64,000 nt of DNA from a bacterium (lineage in GTDB: Bacteria > Patescibacteriota > Minisyncoccia > Phycocordibacterales > UBA12088). Under the pieces are notes generated by a model that saw nothing but the letters and a program-made list of their open reading frames with translations, did not search any database and was not told the DNA's origin. The translations under genes and the position numbers were made by a program. Position 1 is the stretch's first letter. The number at the start of each line of letters is the position of its first letter. The stretch covers positions 25,920-89,919 of the forward strand of contig QKEV01000013.1 in NCBI GenBank assembly GCA_003252295.1. Direction: 5' to 3'. Positions 28,528 through 39,212 of the stretch are shown here, piece by piece.

Positions 28528-30894
28528 CTACTTATATATCCGTACCTCACCATTATTAAACACGAGCGATTTATTGGCATCTAAAAATGCAACCGGGTAT
28601 GTGTACTTCAGAACAACACCATCGTACGCCTGTCGAGCAACCCCTTCTTGCAAGACTCCACCACTCACAAATACGTAAGCATCTTTCTGTATACTGCCAG
28701 GAAATATGTTTCCACTCACTGGTGTTGTGAGTACTGCTTGCAACTTTTTCTTTCCAAAGCGATCAGCTTGTACCAACGGTTCTTTTGTTGTGGTCGCCAT
28801 ATCCTCAAATATCTGCTGCTGAAGCCAGAGTATGGCTTCCTCCTCTGCGTCGGTCACTACGTAGTGATCATAGTCATCACCAGAGTTGTTGAGGTGTACT
28901 GGTGGTATGCTTCCTCCAACAAGTTGTGCAAAAACTCCTGTAGAAAAAAGAAAGAATAGTACAGCAAGTGCTCCAGTATACCTAAGTACTGTTTGATCTG
29001 ACACATCACGCCTTGGGAGTCCAAAGAATGTAACCCACCTTTCAGTAAGATGTGCTACTCCTCGTGCCAACATAATGAGACCGAGTACCATGAATGGCAC
29101 CAACACGAAGAGTGATTGCTGTATTGCACGGAAAACGCCATACTCCTTTGATAAGAGCGGAACAACCATACAGCTCACAATGAAGACCATACTCGCTGCT
29201 GCGAGCGCATACATCTCATCATCAAAACGACGTATCCAGCTCCGGTTATAGAGTGCATAGATGAGTCCCAGGAGAATTGCTAGCTGCAACAACTTTGACA
29301 ATATCTTGCCACTTGCAAGTACCACTTCACCTACACCAAGGAAAGATCCAAAAGTAGTAACGGGAAGAACATCGTCTGGCACGAGCATGTACTCGTACCC
29401 CTCGTACGTTTCTTGAGGAAAGTACAGATCTGGATTTTCTGCTCGTTCATCTTGCACCTCACCAGCAATGAAATCTTCCATAGTGTAATCAGTGGTTCCA
29501 TGATCAAATGAGAAGAAGACAAATACGTCCTGTGAGTATGAACTACCGGTAAAGCCTCCCAAAACTGCACCCATCACATCACCAGCCACTTCCTCTGCAT
29601 GACCACCAGTACCAGTGATCACGTTTGTCCACGCAAAGCTCACCATGACGAGCATGAAGATAATAGGAAGTGTTATGGCACGCTTTCGATACGTCGAGGT
29701 ACTGAGGTTCTTGAAATATGACGGAATAAAACTACCAAACAAACGTAACACTGTTACCACAAGGTAGGTAATCATGAGAACAAACAAGACCGTATAGGTT
29801 GTCGAGTAGTGCGAAAGTACCACACCAACACCAAAGAGAAAGAACAATGTTCTCCTCGCAAAGAGTGATAAGTGACGCTCGAAGAGTACGTACACCATGA
29901 GACCAAAAAACAAGAAAGCAACCTCCTGTCGTATGAGAAATGGCATATCTTGGAAAAAAGTCGGGAACGCCATGAAGCAGAGTCCAGTAAGAAAAGCCAA
30001 TCTGTGGTTGAGCCACGTTCTTGCGGTGAGGTACACCAATACAAGCACGAGTGCAAAAAGTACTTGAAGGAGTACCTTGTAAACATACGGATCAGCAATG
30101 TGTAATGTGTTGACTAAGAGTGTCGGCAACACTGTGATAGATAAGCAGGCATTGTACGCATCTACATAGGTAGACACGTCCCAGAGACCAGCACCCTTTG
30201 CGAGCTGAAAGACAAAAAACTCACGTTGTATATCATGGCCGGACACAAACCATCCTCGAAGTGATGTCATGAAGAGTAGTGCAAGTGCGTTCAGGTACAG
30301 AATTGCTGGTATTACCTGTTTCTCAATACGATTTACAAAGATAACCACTAAGAAACTGTAGAGCGCCATAGCGGCTAACATGAGCAACGTGGTGTTGTCT
30401 TCAATCCCATTATTGAGTCGTACCGCACCATCAATACTCGTCACTACAAAAAATAAAGGTGGTAGCATGAAGGCAAGACCAAGCTTGGTCTCTGCAATAA
30501 GAAAACGAGGTACATGAACAACTAACTCCTCTATATCTTTTAAAGAAAAATATAAAAGAGTGAATAGAACGACACTAAAGAGAAACCAAAGCGGCAATGC
30601 ATCAAGTGGACGAGATATTCCAACAAATGGCAGGAACCAGTTTGCAGCAAGTGCTATGAACATAAGTTCAAGTACACTCACACCTACAGATACCAACACA
30701 GTCCCCCACCCCTTTAGCTGCCTAAGATTAAAAATGCCGAGCGTCAGTATACCGGGTAGTATAAAAAACAGCGGCACACCCAAAAGATACAGCACACCAA
30801 ACATCGTGTTTGCAGAAAGAGAAAGTGTGAGCACAATAGCCCACAGAGCAACAACACCTGCTATAACATTTTTCTTTGTCAGTTTTAATTCCAT
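28528..30894 (-). CDS. DUF2206-like polytopic membrane protein (possible GT-C/polymerase)
   Basis: Many TM segments; GHDIQRE, YNACLSITVLP, RQEVA, SHYST. Confidence 0.7.
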   Translation of the reverse strand: MELKLTKKNVIAGVVALWAIVLTLSLSANTMFGVLYLLGVPLFFILPGILTLGIFNLRQLKGWGTVLVSVGVSVLELMFIALAANWFLPFVGISRPLDALPLWFLFSVVLFTLLYFSLKDIEELVVHVPRFLIAETKLGLAFMLPPLFFVVTSIDGAVRLNNGIEDNTTLLMLAAMALYSFLVVIFVNRIEKQVIPAILYLNALALLFMTSLRGWFVSGHDIQREFFVFQLAKGAGLWDVSTYVDAYNACLSITVLPTLLVNTLHIADPYVYKVLLQVLFALVLVLVYLTARTWLNHRLAFLTGLCFMAFPTFFQDMPFLIRQEVAFLFFGLMVYVLFERHLSLFARRTLFFLFGVGVVLSHYSTTYTVLFVLMITYLVVTVLRLFGSFIPSYFKNLSTSTYRKRAITLPIIFMLVMVSFAWTNVITGTGGHAEEVAGDVMGAVLGGFTGSSYSQDVFVFFSFDHGTTDYTMEDFIAGEVQDERAENPDLYFPQETYEGYEYMLVPDDVLPVTTFGSFLGVGEVVLASGKILSKLLQLAILLGLIYALYNRSWIRRFDDEMYALAAASMVFIVSCMVVPLLSKEYGVFRAIQQSLFVLVPFMVLGLIMLARGVAHLTERWVTFFGLPRRDVSDQTVLRYTGALAVLFFLFSTGVFAQLVGGSIPPVHLNNSGDDYDHYVVTDAEEEAILWLQQQIFEDMATTTKEPLVQADRFGKKKLQAVLTTPVSGNIFPGSIQKDAYVFVSGGVLQEGVARQAYDGVVLKYTYPVAFLDANKSLVFNNGEVRIYK

Positions 30895-33134
30895 AACAGT
30901 TCTTCGTACAACGTCATACATGAGTCAGCCACCTTTTTCCAGGTGAACTGCTCGGCATGTTGAACACTCTTCTTTTTCAAACGGACGAGCTCATCTCTAT
31001 CGTTGTGTAGACGCTTCACCGCTTCAGCGAACGCTTCAGGTGTCTGCGGAGAAACGAGTACGCCTGCATCCTGTACGAGCTCACGCAATCCCATTACATC
31101 AGAAGCAACAACTACTAGTCCTGCCGCATGCGCTTCAAGTACTGAAAGTGGCATACCCTCCTTGTCCGAGGTGGTGATAAACACGTCAGAAGTTCTATGG
31201 TACGCACGTACCTCCTCCGGATTTTTCCTGCCAGCAAAGGTCACATTTTTGAGACCTTTATCTGCAGCAAGTTGCTGTAGCTTTTTCCTATCCTCTCCAT
31301 CACCAACAATAGTTAGCTCTGCAATGTCGGTGAGGTGCTTCATGGTGAGCAGTAACCTATCAACCCGTTTCTGCACGGTAAGCCGTCCAACATACAAAAG
31401 TTGCAACATTGCAGTGTCATCATGCGCACTTGTTCTATTGAAGTACTCTTCACCAACACCGTTTGGAATAATACGCACGAGTGCTTCTGCAACACCGTAC
31501 CGCTCTACAACGAGCTGCTTCTGCTCTTCAGAAAACACAATAACCCTGTTCCCTCTCCTCAAAACAAAACCGAGTATATACTTTTTGTACAGCACAAAGA
31601 GTGGACCTAAGATACCTGATGGTTCCACATCAAGATGAAAATGAAACACTAATGGAAAACTTCGTAAACGGGCAATCAAAAGTGCCACCTCTGGAAGACC
31701 CAGCTGAGCAAGGTGTACATGGAGCACGCTGTTTTTAGGAAGAGTGAGAAGCCTATACGGGAGCATCCAGAGTATTGGTGTATGCGCTACCTCAGTAGTC
31801 TTCAGGCGATGCACTGAACAGTTTCCCATCTCTGTTGTACTTGGGTACCGCTTTGCATCGACATTACTCGTGAATACGTGCACCTTCTTCCCTCTCTTCG
31901 ACTGCTCAACTGCGAGCTCCTGTGCCACCACCTCCATACCGCCGACATGTGGTGGGTAGTAGGCAACCAGGTGAGCAATAGCATCCTGCGTACCCAGTAT
32001 ACGAAGGAAAAGATCATTGTATGAGTGCACCCTATCTTCCCATGAGTACAAGGTACTCACCTTCTCCATCCCCTTTACTCCATACCCTTCTCTCTTCTTT
32101 TTATCTTGCAAGAGATCTATGAGGGCACTCGCAAAAACTTTTACCCGTCCAGGTTCAGTGAGTAGTCCTGTCGTACCATGATCCACGAGTAGTGGCACAC
32201 CACCAACACGGGTGCTCACCACCGGAAGACCTGTCGCCATAGCCTCTGCTATAACCATACCAAAACTTTCATTCTTCGTTGGAAGTGCAAACAAGCTCGC
32301 TTTCTGAAACTCTTCCACTAATGCAGCACCATCAAGGTAACCTGTAAAACGCACCGCATCATCTATACCGAGTTCTCGAGTTCTCCTTTCGTACCACTCC
32401 CTCTTATCTCCATCTCCCACGATGGTAAGTTGAGCTTCTGGCACCTTTTTCTTTACGAGAACGAACGCATTGAAGAGTATATCGAGACCTTTATGTTCAT
32501 CTTTCGCACCAAGTCCTGCAACAAAGAGAATGTTGCCCTCCTTCCTTTTGGTTGCATCAGGTATAAAACGTACAGTGTCTACCCCCGGAGTGATGGTACT
32601 GCTCTTATGTTTGTACCGACTCAGAAAATCCTCGCGTACAGAATCAGAAACACACACGATATGGTGAGCTCGCCACAGAAGGAATCGTAGAGGAATACTC
32701 TCGTACAACCCAACAATAAGGTCTAGCAAGAAGTACCCCTTCTTCATACTATTCGTATGGTACGTCACCACAAGTGGTGTACTGCGTTTTTTGAGCAGTG
32801 TCACCACATCACCAAGACCAGGGACCGGCATGTGTACGTTAATGAGATCTGGATTGAGTTCCTTGAGAAGCTTCTTTACCTGCAGGAACCAGGAAAACGA
32901 AAACGGCGTATTTGAAACAGTGAATGAAATCGGCAAACGATACAGTGCAACCTCCCCCACCTTCTCTACGGTCAACTCTTTACCTACTCCTGTTGTGAGC
33001 ACAATAGCACTCCACTTCTCTGTATCAAAACGTGTCGTCACTTCAAACAGGTAACGCTCAAGACCACCACTATGTGGTGGAAAGTATGGGGCTACAAATA
33101 GCACTGTTTTCTTTTGTGTATCTTTGTTACTCAT
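30885..33134 (-). CDS. Tandem double GT4 glycosyltransferase fusion
   Basis: Two GT-B units: PYFPPHSGGLE...ESFGMVIAEAM and AYYPPHVGGME...EGMPLSVLEAH. Confidence 0.9.
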   Translation of the reverse strand: MSNKDTQKKTVLFVAPYFPPHSGGLERYLFEVTTRFDTEKWSAIVLTTGVGKELTVEKVGEVALYRLPISFTVSNTPFSFSWFLQVKKLLKELNPDLINVHMPVPGLGDVVTLLKKRSTPLVVTYHTNSMKKGYFLLDLIVGLYESIPLRFLLWRAHHIVCVSDSVREDFLSRYKHKSSTITPGVDTVRFIPDATKRKEGNILFVAGLGAKDEHKGLDILFNAFVLVKKKVPEAQLTIVGDGDKREWYERRTRELGIDDAVRFTGYLDGAALVEEFQKASLFALPTKNESFGMVIAEAMATGLPVVSTRVGGVPLLVDHGTTGLLTEPGRVKVFASALIDLLQDKKKREGYGVKGMEKVSTLYSWEDRVHSYNDLFLRILGTQDAIAHLVAYYPPHVGGMEVVAQELAVEQSKRGKKVHVFTSNVDAKRYPSTTEMGNCSVHRLKTTEVAHTPILWMLPYRLLTLPKNSVLHVHLAQLGLPEVALLIARLRSFPLVFHFHLDVEPSGILGPLFVLYKKYILGFVLRRGNRVIVFSEEQKQLVVERYGVAEALVRIIPNGVGEEYFNRTSAHDDTAMLQLLYVGRLTVQKRVDRLLLTMKHLTDIAELTIVGDGEDRKKLQQLAADKGLKNVTFAGRKNPEEVRAYHRTSDVFITTSDKEGMPLSVLEAHAAGLVVVASDVMGLRELVQDAGVLVSPQTPEAFAEAVKRLHNDRDELVRLKKKSVQHAEQFTWKKVADSCMTLYEELLWN

Positions 33135-33837
33135 TGTACAGTTCGCCATTTGTTACATAGCTAACATCACTCCTCTTTCCTATATGTTGAAACACTCGCT
33201 CCAATCGCTTCCAATCATTATTTTTTTCCAGTTCCCAGCTATGCCCCCACAGGTGAAACACTCCTCCTGTTTCTCTTACTCTATCAAACATGAGTATGGC
33301 AAGCCTATCCCAATGTCTCCATACGCGAAGGAAGGTCAATATATTGAAACGAGTAAGCACGAGCATGCGGAACACATCAGACCAGTGATTATACGTATGT
33401 ACACTTGTGCGTACCGCAAATGGATCTTCACTTTTTGTAAAACAAAAACGTTCTACCGTACGAGCATTACTAAACCCCAGATCACGAACAATATGACTGA
33501 TTTCTTTTGTGTACTTACCTCTTGGGTAACAAAAACTCACCACAGACTTGTTCGTAATGTTCTCTAAGTACTCTTTGGACTCTATGATTTCGTTCTGCAC
33601 CTCAACCGGTGTAAGTTTGGTGAGTTCCCGATGACTCATGGTATGAGCTCCCACTTCAAACACCTCAGCCAGTTTAGCTACCGCTTCATCGTTCAAACAT
33701 TCACCTGCTCCTAGTTCACTATTTTTTGGAGCAACGTAAAACGTCCCCCTTAATCCATACTGCTTCATCAGCTCTGCTACATGCGTATCAAGCACATGTC
33801 CATCATCCCAGCTAGTTGTTACTACGACTTCCTTCAT
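33127..33837 (-). CDS. Polysaccharide deacetylase (CE4/NodB)
   Basis: TSWDDG, GAHTMSH, FCYPRG, HLWGHSWE. Confidence 0.9.
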   Translation of the reverse strand: MKEVVVTTSWDDGHVLDTHVAELMKQYGLRGTFYVAPKNSELGAGECLNDEAVAKLAEVFEVGAHTMSHRELTKLTPVEVQNEIIESKEYLENITNKSVVSFCYPRGKYTKEISHIVRDLGFSNARTVERFCFTKSEDPFAVRTSVHTYNHWSDVFRMLVLTRFNILTFLRVWRHWDRLAILMFDRVRETGGVFHLWGHSWELEKNNDWKRLERVFQHIGKRSDVSYVTNGELYNE

Positions 33838-33842
33838 ACCAC

Positions 33843-35030
33843 TTATACTAAAGCGTGCTTAAGGTTACGCACAACAAATTTCCAATCATACTGTGCAACA
33901 TCACGTTCTGGATTCATTGCATGACGACTATCGAGCACCTGTACTATCTTGTCAGCCAGTGCAGTTTCATCTGTCTCTGTCAGGAATCCGTTTACCCCCT
34001 CAACTATCAGATCCTTAGCAGCGTTGTTAGTGTGTGAGGTTGTTATAGCCGGCAATCCAAGAGCATTAGCCTCAAGCACAACCAACCCAAACCCCTCTTG
34101 CACGGAAGGAAGCACGAGCATTTTTGATGCCTTCATAAACTTGTACTGCTCCCCTGCCTTCACTGAATCAAAAATGGAGACATTTTTCTGGAGCTCTAAG
34201 TTACCAATGAGTGTTTGCAGTGTTATTTTTTCAGGACCATTTCCAATAATATTACACACTATGTTTGGGTACCTAGTTTTTACAATTGCTATCGCTTTCA
34301 CTAAGGTATCGATGTGCTTATGATGCAAAAGTCTACCAACAAAAATTACATCACTTTCATTTCCATCTGGATACACCGAACGCAGGTATTCTGTATCTAC
34401 ACCAAGGGGTATGGTTTCAATAGTTTTCCTCACCCCAGCATGGCGTAAACGAGCTGTGGTATGTTTTGAGTTCGATAAGATAACATCAGGCATACGAAAT
34501 GAAAGCTGTTCAACGAGGTGTGCTACCCATCCAACTACTCCACCTAGGTACTCGTTCCACTTCTCCCTGCCACACACCTCATGCCATGTTGCATACATTT
34601 TTTTACCCTTGATCCAAGTTACGATTCGCGCACTAAAGAGTGGGAAGTACGGCATATGATCTACATCGACCACATCAAACTTTTCAAAAAGAAGTTTAAG
34701 GGTGGCAAATCCAAACATGATAGCCTCGTACATTGAACGACGGCCACGAGTATACATTGGATACTGTTTACAGAGCGCATGGTATTGCACACCTTCATGT
34801 TGTACCACACGAGGTCCATCCCACCACTTCATGGTATAGACATGTACCTCACATGAATCACTCACGAGTCGTTTTGCTAGTTCATAGAGTCTCCTTTCCT
34901 TACCACCATTATGATACGGAAGCACCGCATCTGACACGAATGCTATGCGACGCACAGACTCATCATGCAACGCTTTTTTTTCCTTTACATTTGCTGTGTT
35001 ATGTTTGCTGTTCATATTATGCAAAAACAC
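33843..35030 (-). CDS. Glycosyltransferase family 4
   Basis: PYHNGGKERR, FVGRL..HK, PSVQEGFGLVVLEAN. Confidence 0.92.
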   Translation of the reverse strand: MFLHNMNSKHNTANVKEKKALHDESVRRIAFVSDAVLPYHNGGKERRLYELAKRLVSDSCEVHVYTMKWWDGPRVVQHEGVQYHALCKQYPMYTRGRRSMYEAIMFGFATLKLLFEKFDVVDVDHMPYFPLFSARIVTWIKGKKMYATWHEVCGREKWNEYLGGVVGWVAHLVEQLSFRMPDVILSNSKHTTARLRHAGVRKTIETIPLGVDTEYLRSVYPDGNESDVIFVGRLLHHKHIDTLVKAIAIVKTRYPNIVCNIIGNGPEKITLQTLIGNLELQKNVSIFDSVKAGEQYKFMKASKMLVLPSVQEGFGLVVLEANALGLPAITTSHTNNAAKDLIVEGVNGFLTETDETALADKIVQVLDSRHAMNPERDVAQYDWKFVVRNLKHALV

Positions 35031-35808
35031 GTCGCTTCTTAAGGTGTGGAACCTTTACAACGTACGATACATCCGGACTCCAAAAATAGTTCTTTAAAAA
35101 CACAAAGAGAATACGAAGACCATCTCTAAACGGTTTTAGGTTTGACTCACCACTTCGTGCAATGTACGAGATCGGTACACAAAATATATTTTCACCAAGA
35201 CGAGCCATCTTTGTTACCATATCCATCTCTATACTAAAATCACCCGCTGTCAGGTACGGACGAAGTCGATTTAACGCATGGTAGTTCCATGCAAAGTATC
35301 CAGTGAGCACATCAGTGATGTTTGCGTGATAGAACATACGAACCAAGAATGAGAACACCCAGTTCCCAAATCGATTACGTCTGCTCATGGCACCCTTCAC
35401 TATTCTTCCAGTAAGTCGTGATCCGATCACCACACTCGCAAAACGAGACTCGAGTGGTTCAATGAGTCGGAAGAGTTCATCTGCTTGGTATGTGTTGTCT
35501 CCGTCAATCATGACTACATAGTCTGTGTCACTTGGTACGTTTTCAAATGCGGTACGCATTGCGTTTCCTTTTCCAGGATTAGATTCATGTATCACAAAAG
35601 CACCATGTTCACGAGCAACACGCGTAGTAGCATCTGTTGAATTGTTATCAACTACTATAATTTCCAACTCGTATCCTTCACGAGTTTTTACCACCTGTTT
35701 GAAACCATCAATAACGGCACCAACACCCTCCTCTTCATTTCTGCATGGTATGAGGGCCGTGATTTTTTTCTTTACCCCGCCTTGGCGGTGGTTTAGTTTT
35801 GTTTTCAT
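35017..35808 (-). CDS. Glycosyltransferase family 2 (polyprenol-phosphate glycosyltransferase/DPM-like)
   Basis: IPCRNEE, VDNNSTD, GKG, IDGDNTY, GSR, TDVLTGY, FSIE. Confidence 0.9.
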   Translation of the reverse strand: MKTKLNHRQGGVKKKITALIPCRNEEEGVGAVIDGFKQVVKTREGYELEIIVVDNNSTDATTRVAREHGAFVIHESNPGKGNAMRTAFENVPSDTDYVVMIDGDNTYQADELFRLIEPLESRFASVVIGSRLTGRIVKGAMSRRNRFGNWVFSFLVRMFYHANITDVLTGYFAWNYHALNRLRPYLTAGDFSIEMDMVTKMARLGENIFCVPISYIARSGESNLKPFRDGLRILFVFLKNYFWSPDVSYVVKVPHLKKRRVFA

Positions 35809-36184
35809 ATACAAAAGGTACACACATATTTGTGTACATATGACTTACTAATGTCGACCTGCTAAAAAAGATGAGTATGCACTGTTTTGTGCATTTTTGA
35901 GTGCATGCGTACATACCCTCAAACTCTTCTCAGATTACCACAATTTTATATAATAGTCAATGTTTCTATGGTCTACACTTCTTGTGCAGGTAGACCAAAA
36001 AAACCTTGTTTTATATAGGTTTTTCCACATCGAGGTAGTAGATGTACTGCACACATGGTGCTATCTTGTATGTACCCCCTGCTCAAAAGCGCTCTAAAGC
36101 ACTTCAATTTAAAACTTGAAATTCTTGCCAACAATGTTTTTTGCATTGTTGCTTTTTTATTACCTTAGTAACCACCACACAATC

Positions 36185-37354
36185 ATGTCTACATCACACC
36201 GAAAGATGTATAAACTTAACAAAAAAGTAGGGATTTTTCTTGTACTCGCTATCACCTATTGGGCAACTGGACTTCCAGGCACACTCTTTGTTGCACAAGC
36301 GGCACAACTTAGCTCACTCAAGGACACTATCTCAACAAGTGCTCCTGGAGTTGGTGCAGACCATACAATAGAGTTCACAACACCAACCGGTGTTCCAGCT
36401 GACGGATCTACCATCGTGATAAGCATGCCGACTGGATTTGATGTAACTTCTATCACTGAAGATGATGTGGATATAACGGATGATACAGTCGATCTTACTA
36501 CTGATACGGTTTGTGGTGCGGTCAATGCAGCAGTCACCATCTCAGGGCAAGATATAACTATTGAAATCTGTAATGGTGGTGGTGGAGCTATAGCAGCTGA
36601 CAGTGCTGTTGCAATTGAAATCGGGACGAACGCTACCGCTTCTGGCACAGGTGCAAACCAAGTGGTTAACCATGCCGATGAGGGCAGTTACACGGTATCA
36701 GTTGCTGGAACTATGGAAGATTCAGGGGACACCAGTATTGCCATCGTTGAGAGTGTGCAGGTAAGCGCTGCTGTTGGTACCCTCTTTACCTTCAGTGTTA
36801 CCGGTGTCGATGAAGGGGTTACAGTAAATGATGAGACTGTATTAACCTCTGCTAGCACTACAGCAACAAGCGTACCATTTGGCACACTTGCCCCAAACGT
36901 ACCAAAAGTGCTCGCACAAGAACTGCGTGTAGACACGAATGCTCTAAACGGTTTTTCTGTCACTATTGAGGCAGATCAAACACTCACTGCAGGCAACAAT
37001 GCAACTATTGATGCATTTGCAGACGGCAGTCCTGTTGCCTCAACAACCACATGGTCAAAACCATCTGGTACCGTTGGCAGCACTGACACGTATGGACATT
37101 GGGGTATAACGAGTGATGATGATGATATTTCAGGTCTTGCAACAGACAACTGGGGAGTGGGTGAGGCAGCATACCGTGGAGACTTCATAAATAACCCACT
37201 TGAAGTCTTCTTCAATGACGGCCCTGTCACGAGCAGCTCTGGTGTAGGTGTTGGATCAACCACCGTTGCTTTTAAAATAGAGGTTTCTCCCCTTCAGGAA
37301 GCAGCAACTGACTACACGGCAAACATCATGTATATAGCGACGCCTGTGTTTTAG
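36185..37354 (+). CDS. Secreted beta-rich CPR-type surface protein
   Basis: Signal peptide; Thr/Asp/Ser-rich; VPFGTL...QEL.V.TNA.NGF.VT; C-terminal YTANIMYIATPVF; start uncertain. Confidence 0.7.
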   Translation: MSTSHRKMYKLNKKVGIFLVLAITYWATGLPGTLFVAQAAQLSSLKDTISTSAPGVGADHTIEFTTPTGVPADGSTIVISMPTGFDVTSITEDDVDITDDTVDLTTDTVCGAVNAAVTISGQDITIEICNGGGGAIAADSAVAIEIGTNATASGTGANQVVNHADEGSYTVSVAGTMEDSGDTSIAIVESVQVSAAVGTLFTFSVTGVDEGVTVNDETVLTSASTTATSVPFGTLAPNVPKVLAQELRVDTNALNGFSVTIEADQTLTAGNNATIDAFADGSPVASTTTWSKPSGTVGSTDTYGHWGITSDDDDISGLATDNWGVGEAAYRGDFINNPLEVFFNDGPVTSSSGVGVGSTTVAFKIEVSPLQEAATDYTANIMYIATPVF

Positions 37355-37388
37355 TATTCTGACTTCTTAGTTCAGTGTTCTGAGTATC

Positions 37389-37414
37389 AAAAAACCGCTC
37401 AAAAGCGGTTTTTT
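37389..37414. terminator. Bidirectional intrinsic terminator
   Basis: AAAAAACCGCT-CAAA-AGCGGTTTTTT between convergent genes. Confidence 0.8.
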
Positions 37415-37432
37415 GTTTTTTAGTTTTGAAAC

Positions 37433-37855
37433 CTATTTAACCTCTACACCCATTGAACGTGCTGTTCCTTCAATGATCTTCATTGCAGCTTCAACATCAT
37501 TTGCATTAAGGTCTTCCATTTTCTCCTCAGCGATCTCCCTGATCTGATCCTTTGTGATGATACCTGCCTTTGAGACAAGATTTTTTCCTGACCCCTTTGG
37601 CTTGCCGATCTTTTTGAGAATAAGCCGTGAAGCAGGCGGAGTCTTCATGATGAAGTCGTATGAACGGTCATCGTAGACTGAGATCACTACCGGGATCACT
37701 GATCCCATCTTATCGCGCGTTGCCTCGTTGAACTTATTAACGAAGTCACCAATATTAATACCAGCCTGACCTAGTGCAGGACCTACCGGTGGAGCTGGGT
37801 TTGCCTTCCCTGCTTCAATTTGAAGTTTAACTTGTTTTACTACTGTTTTTGCCAT
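37433..37855 (-). CDS. rplK: 50S ribosomal protein uL11
   Basis: [29 protein letters not shown]. Confidence 0.98.
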   Translation of the reverse strand: MAKTVVKQVKLQIEAGKANPAPPVGPALGQAGINIGDFVNKFNEATRDKMGSVIPVVISVYDDRSYDFIMKTPPASRLILKKIGKPKGSGKNLVSKAGIITKDQIREIAEEKMEDLNANDVEAAMKIIEGTARSMGVEVK

Positions 37856-37945
37856 ATTTTTCTTATCTTTACTGCCGAGTTAGAAGCATACTCAGCAAAA
37901 TTTGATGTTCGGATACTTTACTCTAAGTATCCATGCTAATCAATA

Positions 37946-38494
37946 CTACACTCTACGTACCTGTAAGAAGTCTAGTTCTACAGGTGTCTCGCGACCAAAC
38001 ATTGGCACAAGCACTTTTACTTTTCCACGTTCCTCATCAACCTCACCGACCTTCCCTTCAAGATCCTTAAATGGTCCATCAGCAACAATAACTGCATCAT
38101 CGATAGCAAGGTCGATCTTATGCTTCACTGTATCACTGTTCATACGCTTAAAGAGACCCTCTACTTCTGTTTTACCAAGAGGAACTGGTTGCACGCCCGA
38201 ACCAACAAAACCAGTAACTCGCGGAGTATTTCGAACAACGTACCAGCTATTCTCATCAACAATCATATCCACCAAGAGGTAGCCAGGATATATCTTTTCT
38301 TCTTCCTCAACTCGTTTTCCTCCCTTTATCTTTATCTTCTTCTCTGTTGGAACGATAACATTAAATATCTTGTCCTCTACACCGAGTGATTCTATTCTTT
38401 GACGTAGGTTACGCTCTACAGCCTTCTCATACCCAGCGTAGGTATGAATGGCATACCAATTGCGTTCAGTGGATGTATTTTCTTCTTTTGACAT
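37946..38494 (-). CDS. nusG: Transcription termination/antitermination factor NusG
   Basis: WYAIHTYAGYE, YPGYLLV, VRNTPRVTGFVG, KOW domain, FGRETPVELDF. Confidence 0.98.
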   Translation of the reverse strand: MSKEENTSTERNWYAIHTYAGYEKAVERNLRQRIESLGVEDKIFNVIVPTEKKIKIKGGKRVEEEEKIYPGYLLVDMIVDENSWYVVRNTPRVTGFVGSGVQPVPLGKTEVEGLFKRMNSDTVKHKIDLAIDDAVIVADGPFKDLEGKVGEVDEERGKVKVLVPMFGRETPVELDFLQVRRV

Positions 38495-38508
38495 AGGCGT
38501 ATTATTTT

Positions 38509-38703
38509 TTATATAGCTGCACCAGGAAGCATATGTTTAAGCGCCTGGGCTAAACCGTGATCAAGCAGCCCCAGATACACTGCAGTAGCAAGGGAGATAA
38601 GAATCACGAGCAACGTATAAACGATAGTCTGTCGCTGTGTTGGCCAACTTACGTGTTTCAACTCTCCACGAGTTGCACGGAAATAATTCATTAAACGATT
38701 CAT
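38509..38703 (-). CDS. secE: Preprotein translocase subunit SecE
   Basis: ELKHVSWPT plus one TM; directly upstream of nusG. Confidence 0.93.
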   Translation of the reverse strand: MNRLMNYFRATRGELKHVSWPTQRQTIVYTLLVILISLATAVYLGLLDHGLAQALKHMLPGAAI

Positions 38704-38854
38704 AATTTCTTTTTGCATGTAAAGAAACCTATCGGTCTCTTGTTTAAAAAAACCGCCCTCGGGGCTGGTTATATGACTATAGTACTAAAAAATACCGTGA
38801 TGTCAAGAAATGAGTTAACCGCCTCAGAAAACTGAAGCGGTTATATACTTTGTA

Positions 38855-39082
38855 TCATACAAGGTTGGCTGGCTTATCGATCCAGACGGCACCACTGTGC
38901 CAATACAACGGTTTTTTTTCATTTTGGGAAAAGGCAAGAACGGCAGTCTTATGTACCTCATCACCCTGAAGATGGTGTAGCCTGCCACAAACAGAACATG
39001 GAAAAGCAACACCTGTTACCAAGATAATCTCTTTACTGAGCTCAATTCTCCCGTCACCACACAATGGATCTTTGCATTTCAT
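38855..39082 (-). CDS. Small putative Zn-ribbon protein
   Basis: MKCKDPLC...FPCSVCGRLH; G-rich SD-like run upstream. Confidence 0.5.
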   Translation of the reverse strand: MKCKDPLCGDGRIELSKEIILVTGVAFPCSVCGRLHHLQGDEVHKTAVLAFSQNEKKPLYWHSGAVWIDKPANLV

Positions 39083-39212
39083 CTCGTACCCCCATGTGTA
39101 TTTTATGTAACATTTCAATCAGAAAACCTACTGTGTTTTTTATACCAAGCATATCGTATTTGTCAACAAAAACACTGGCACATGTGTGCCAGTGTTTTAC
39201 TACAAACAAAAA

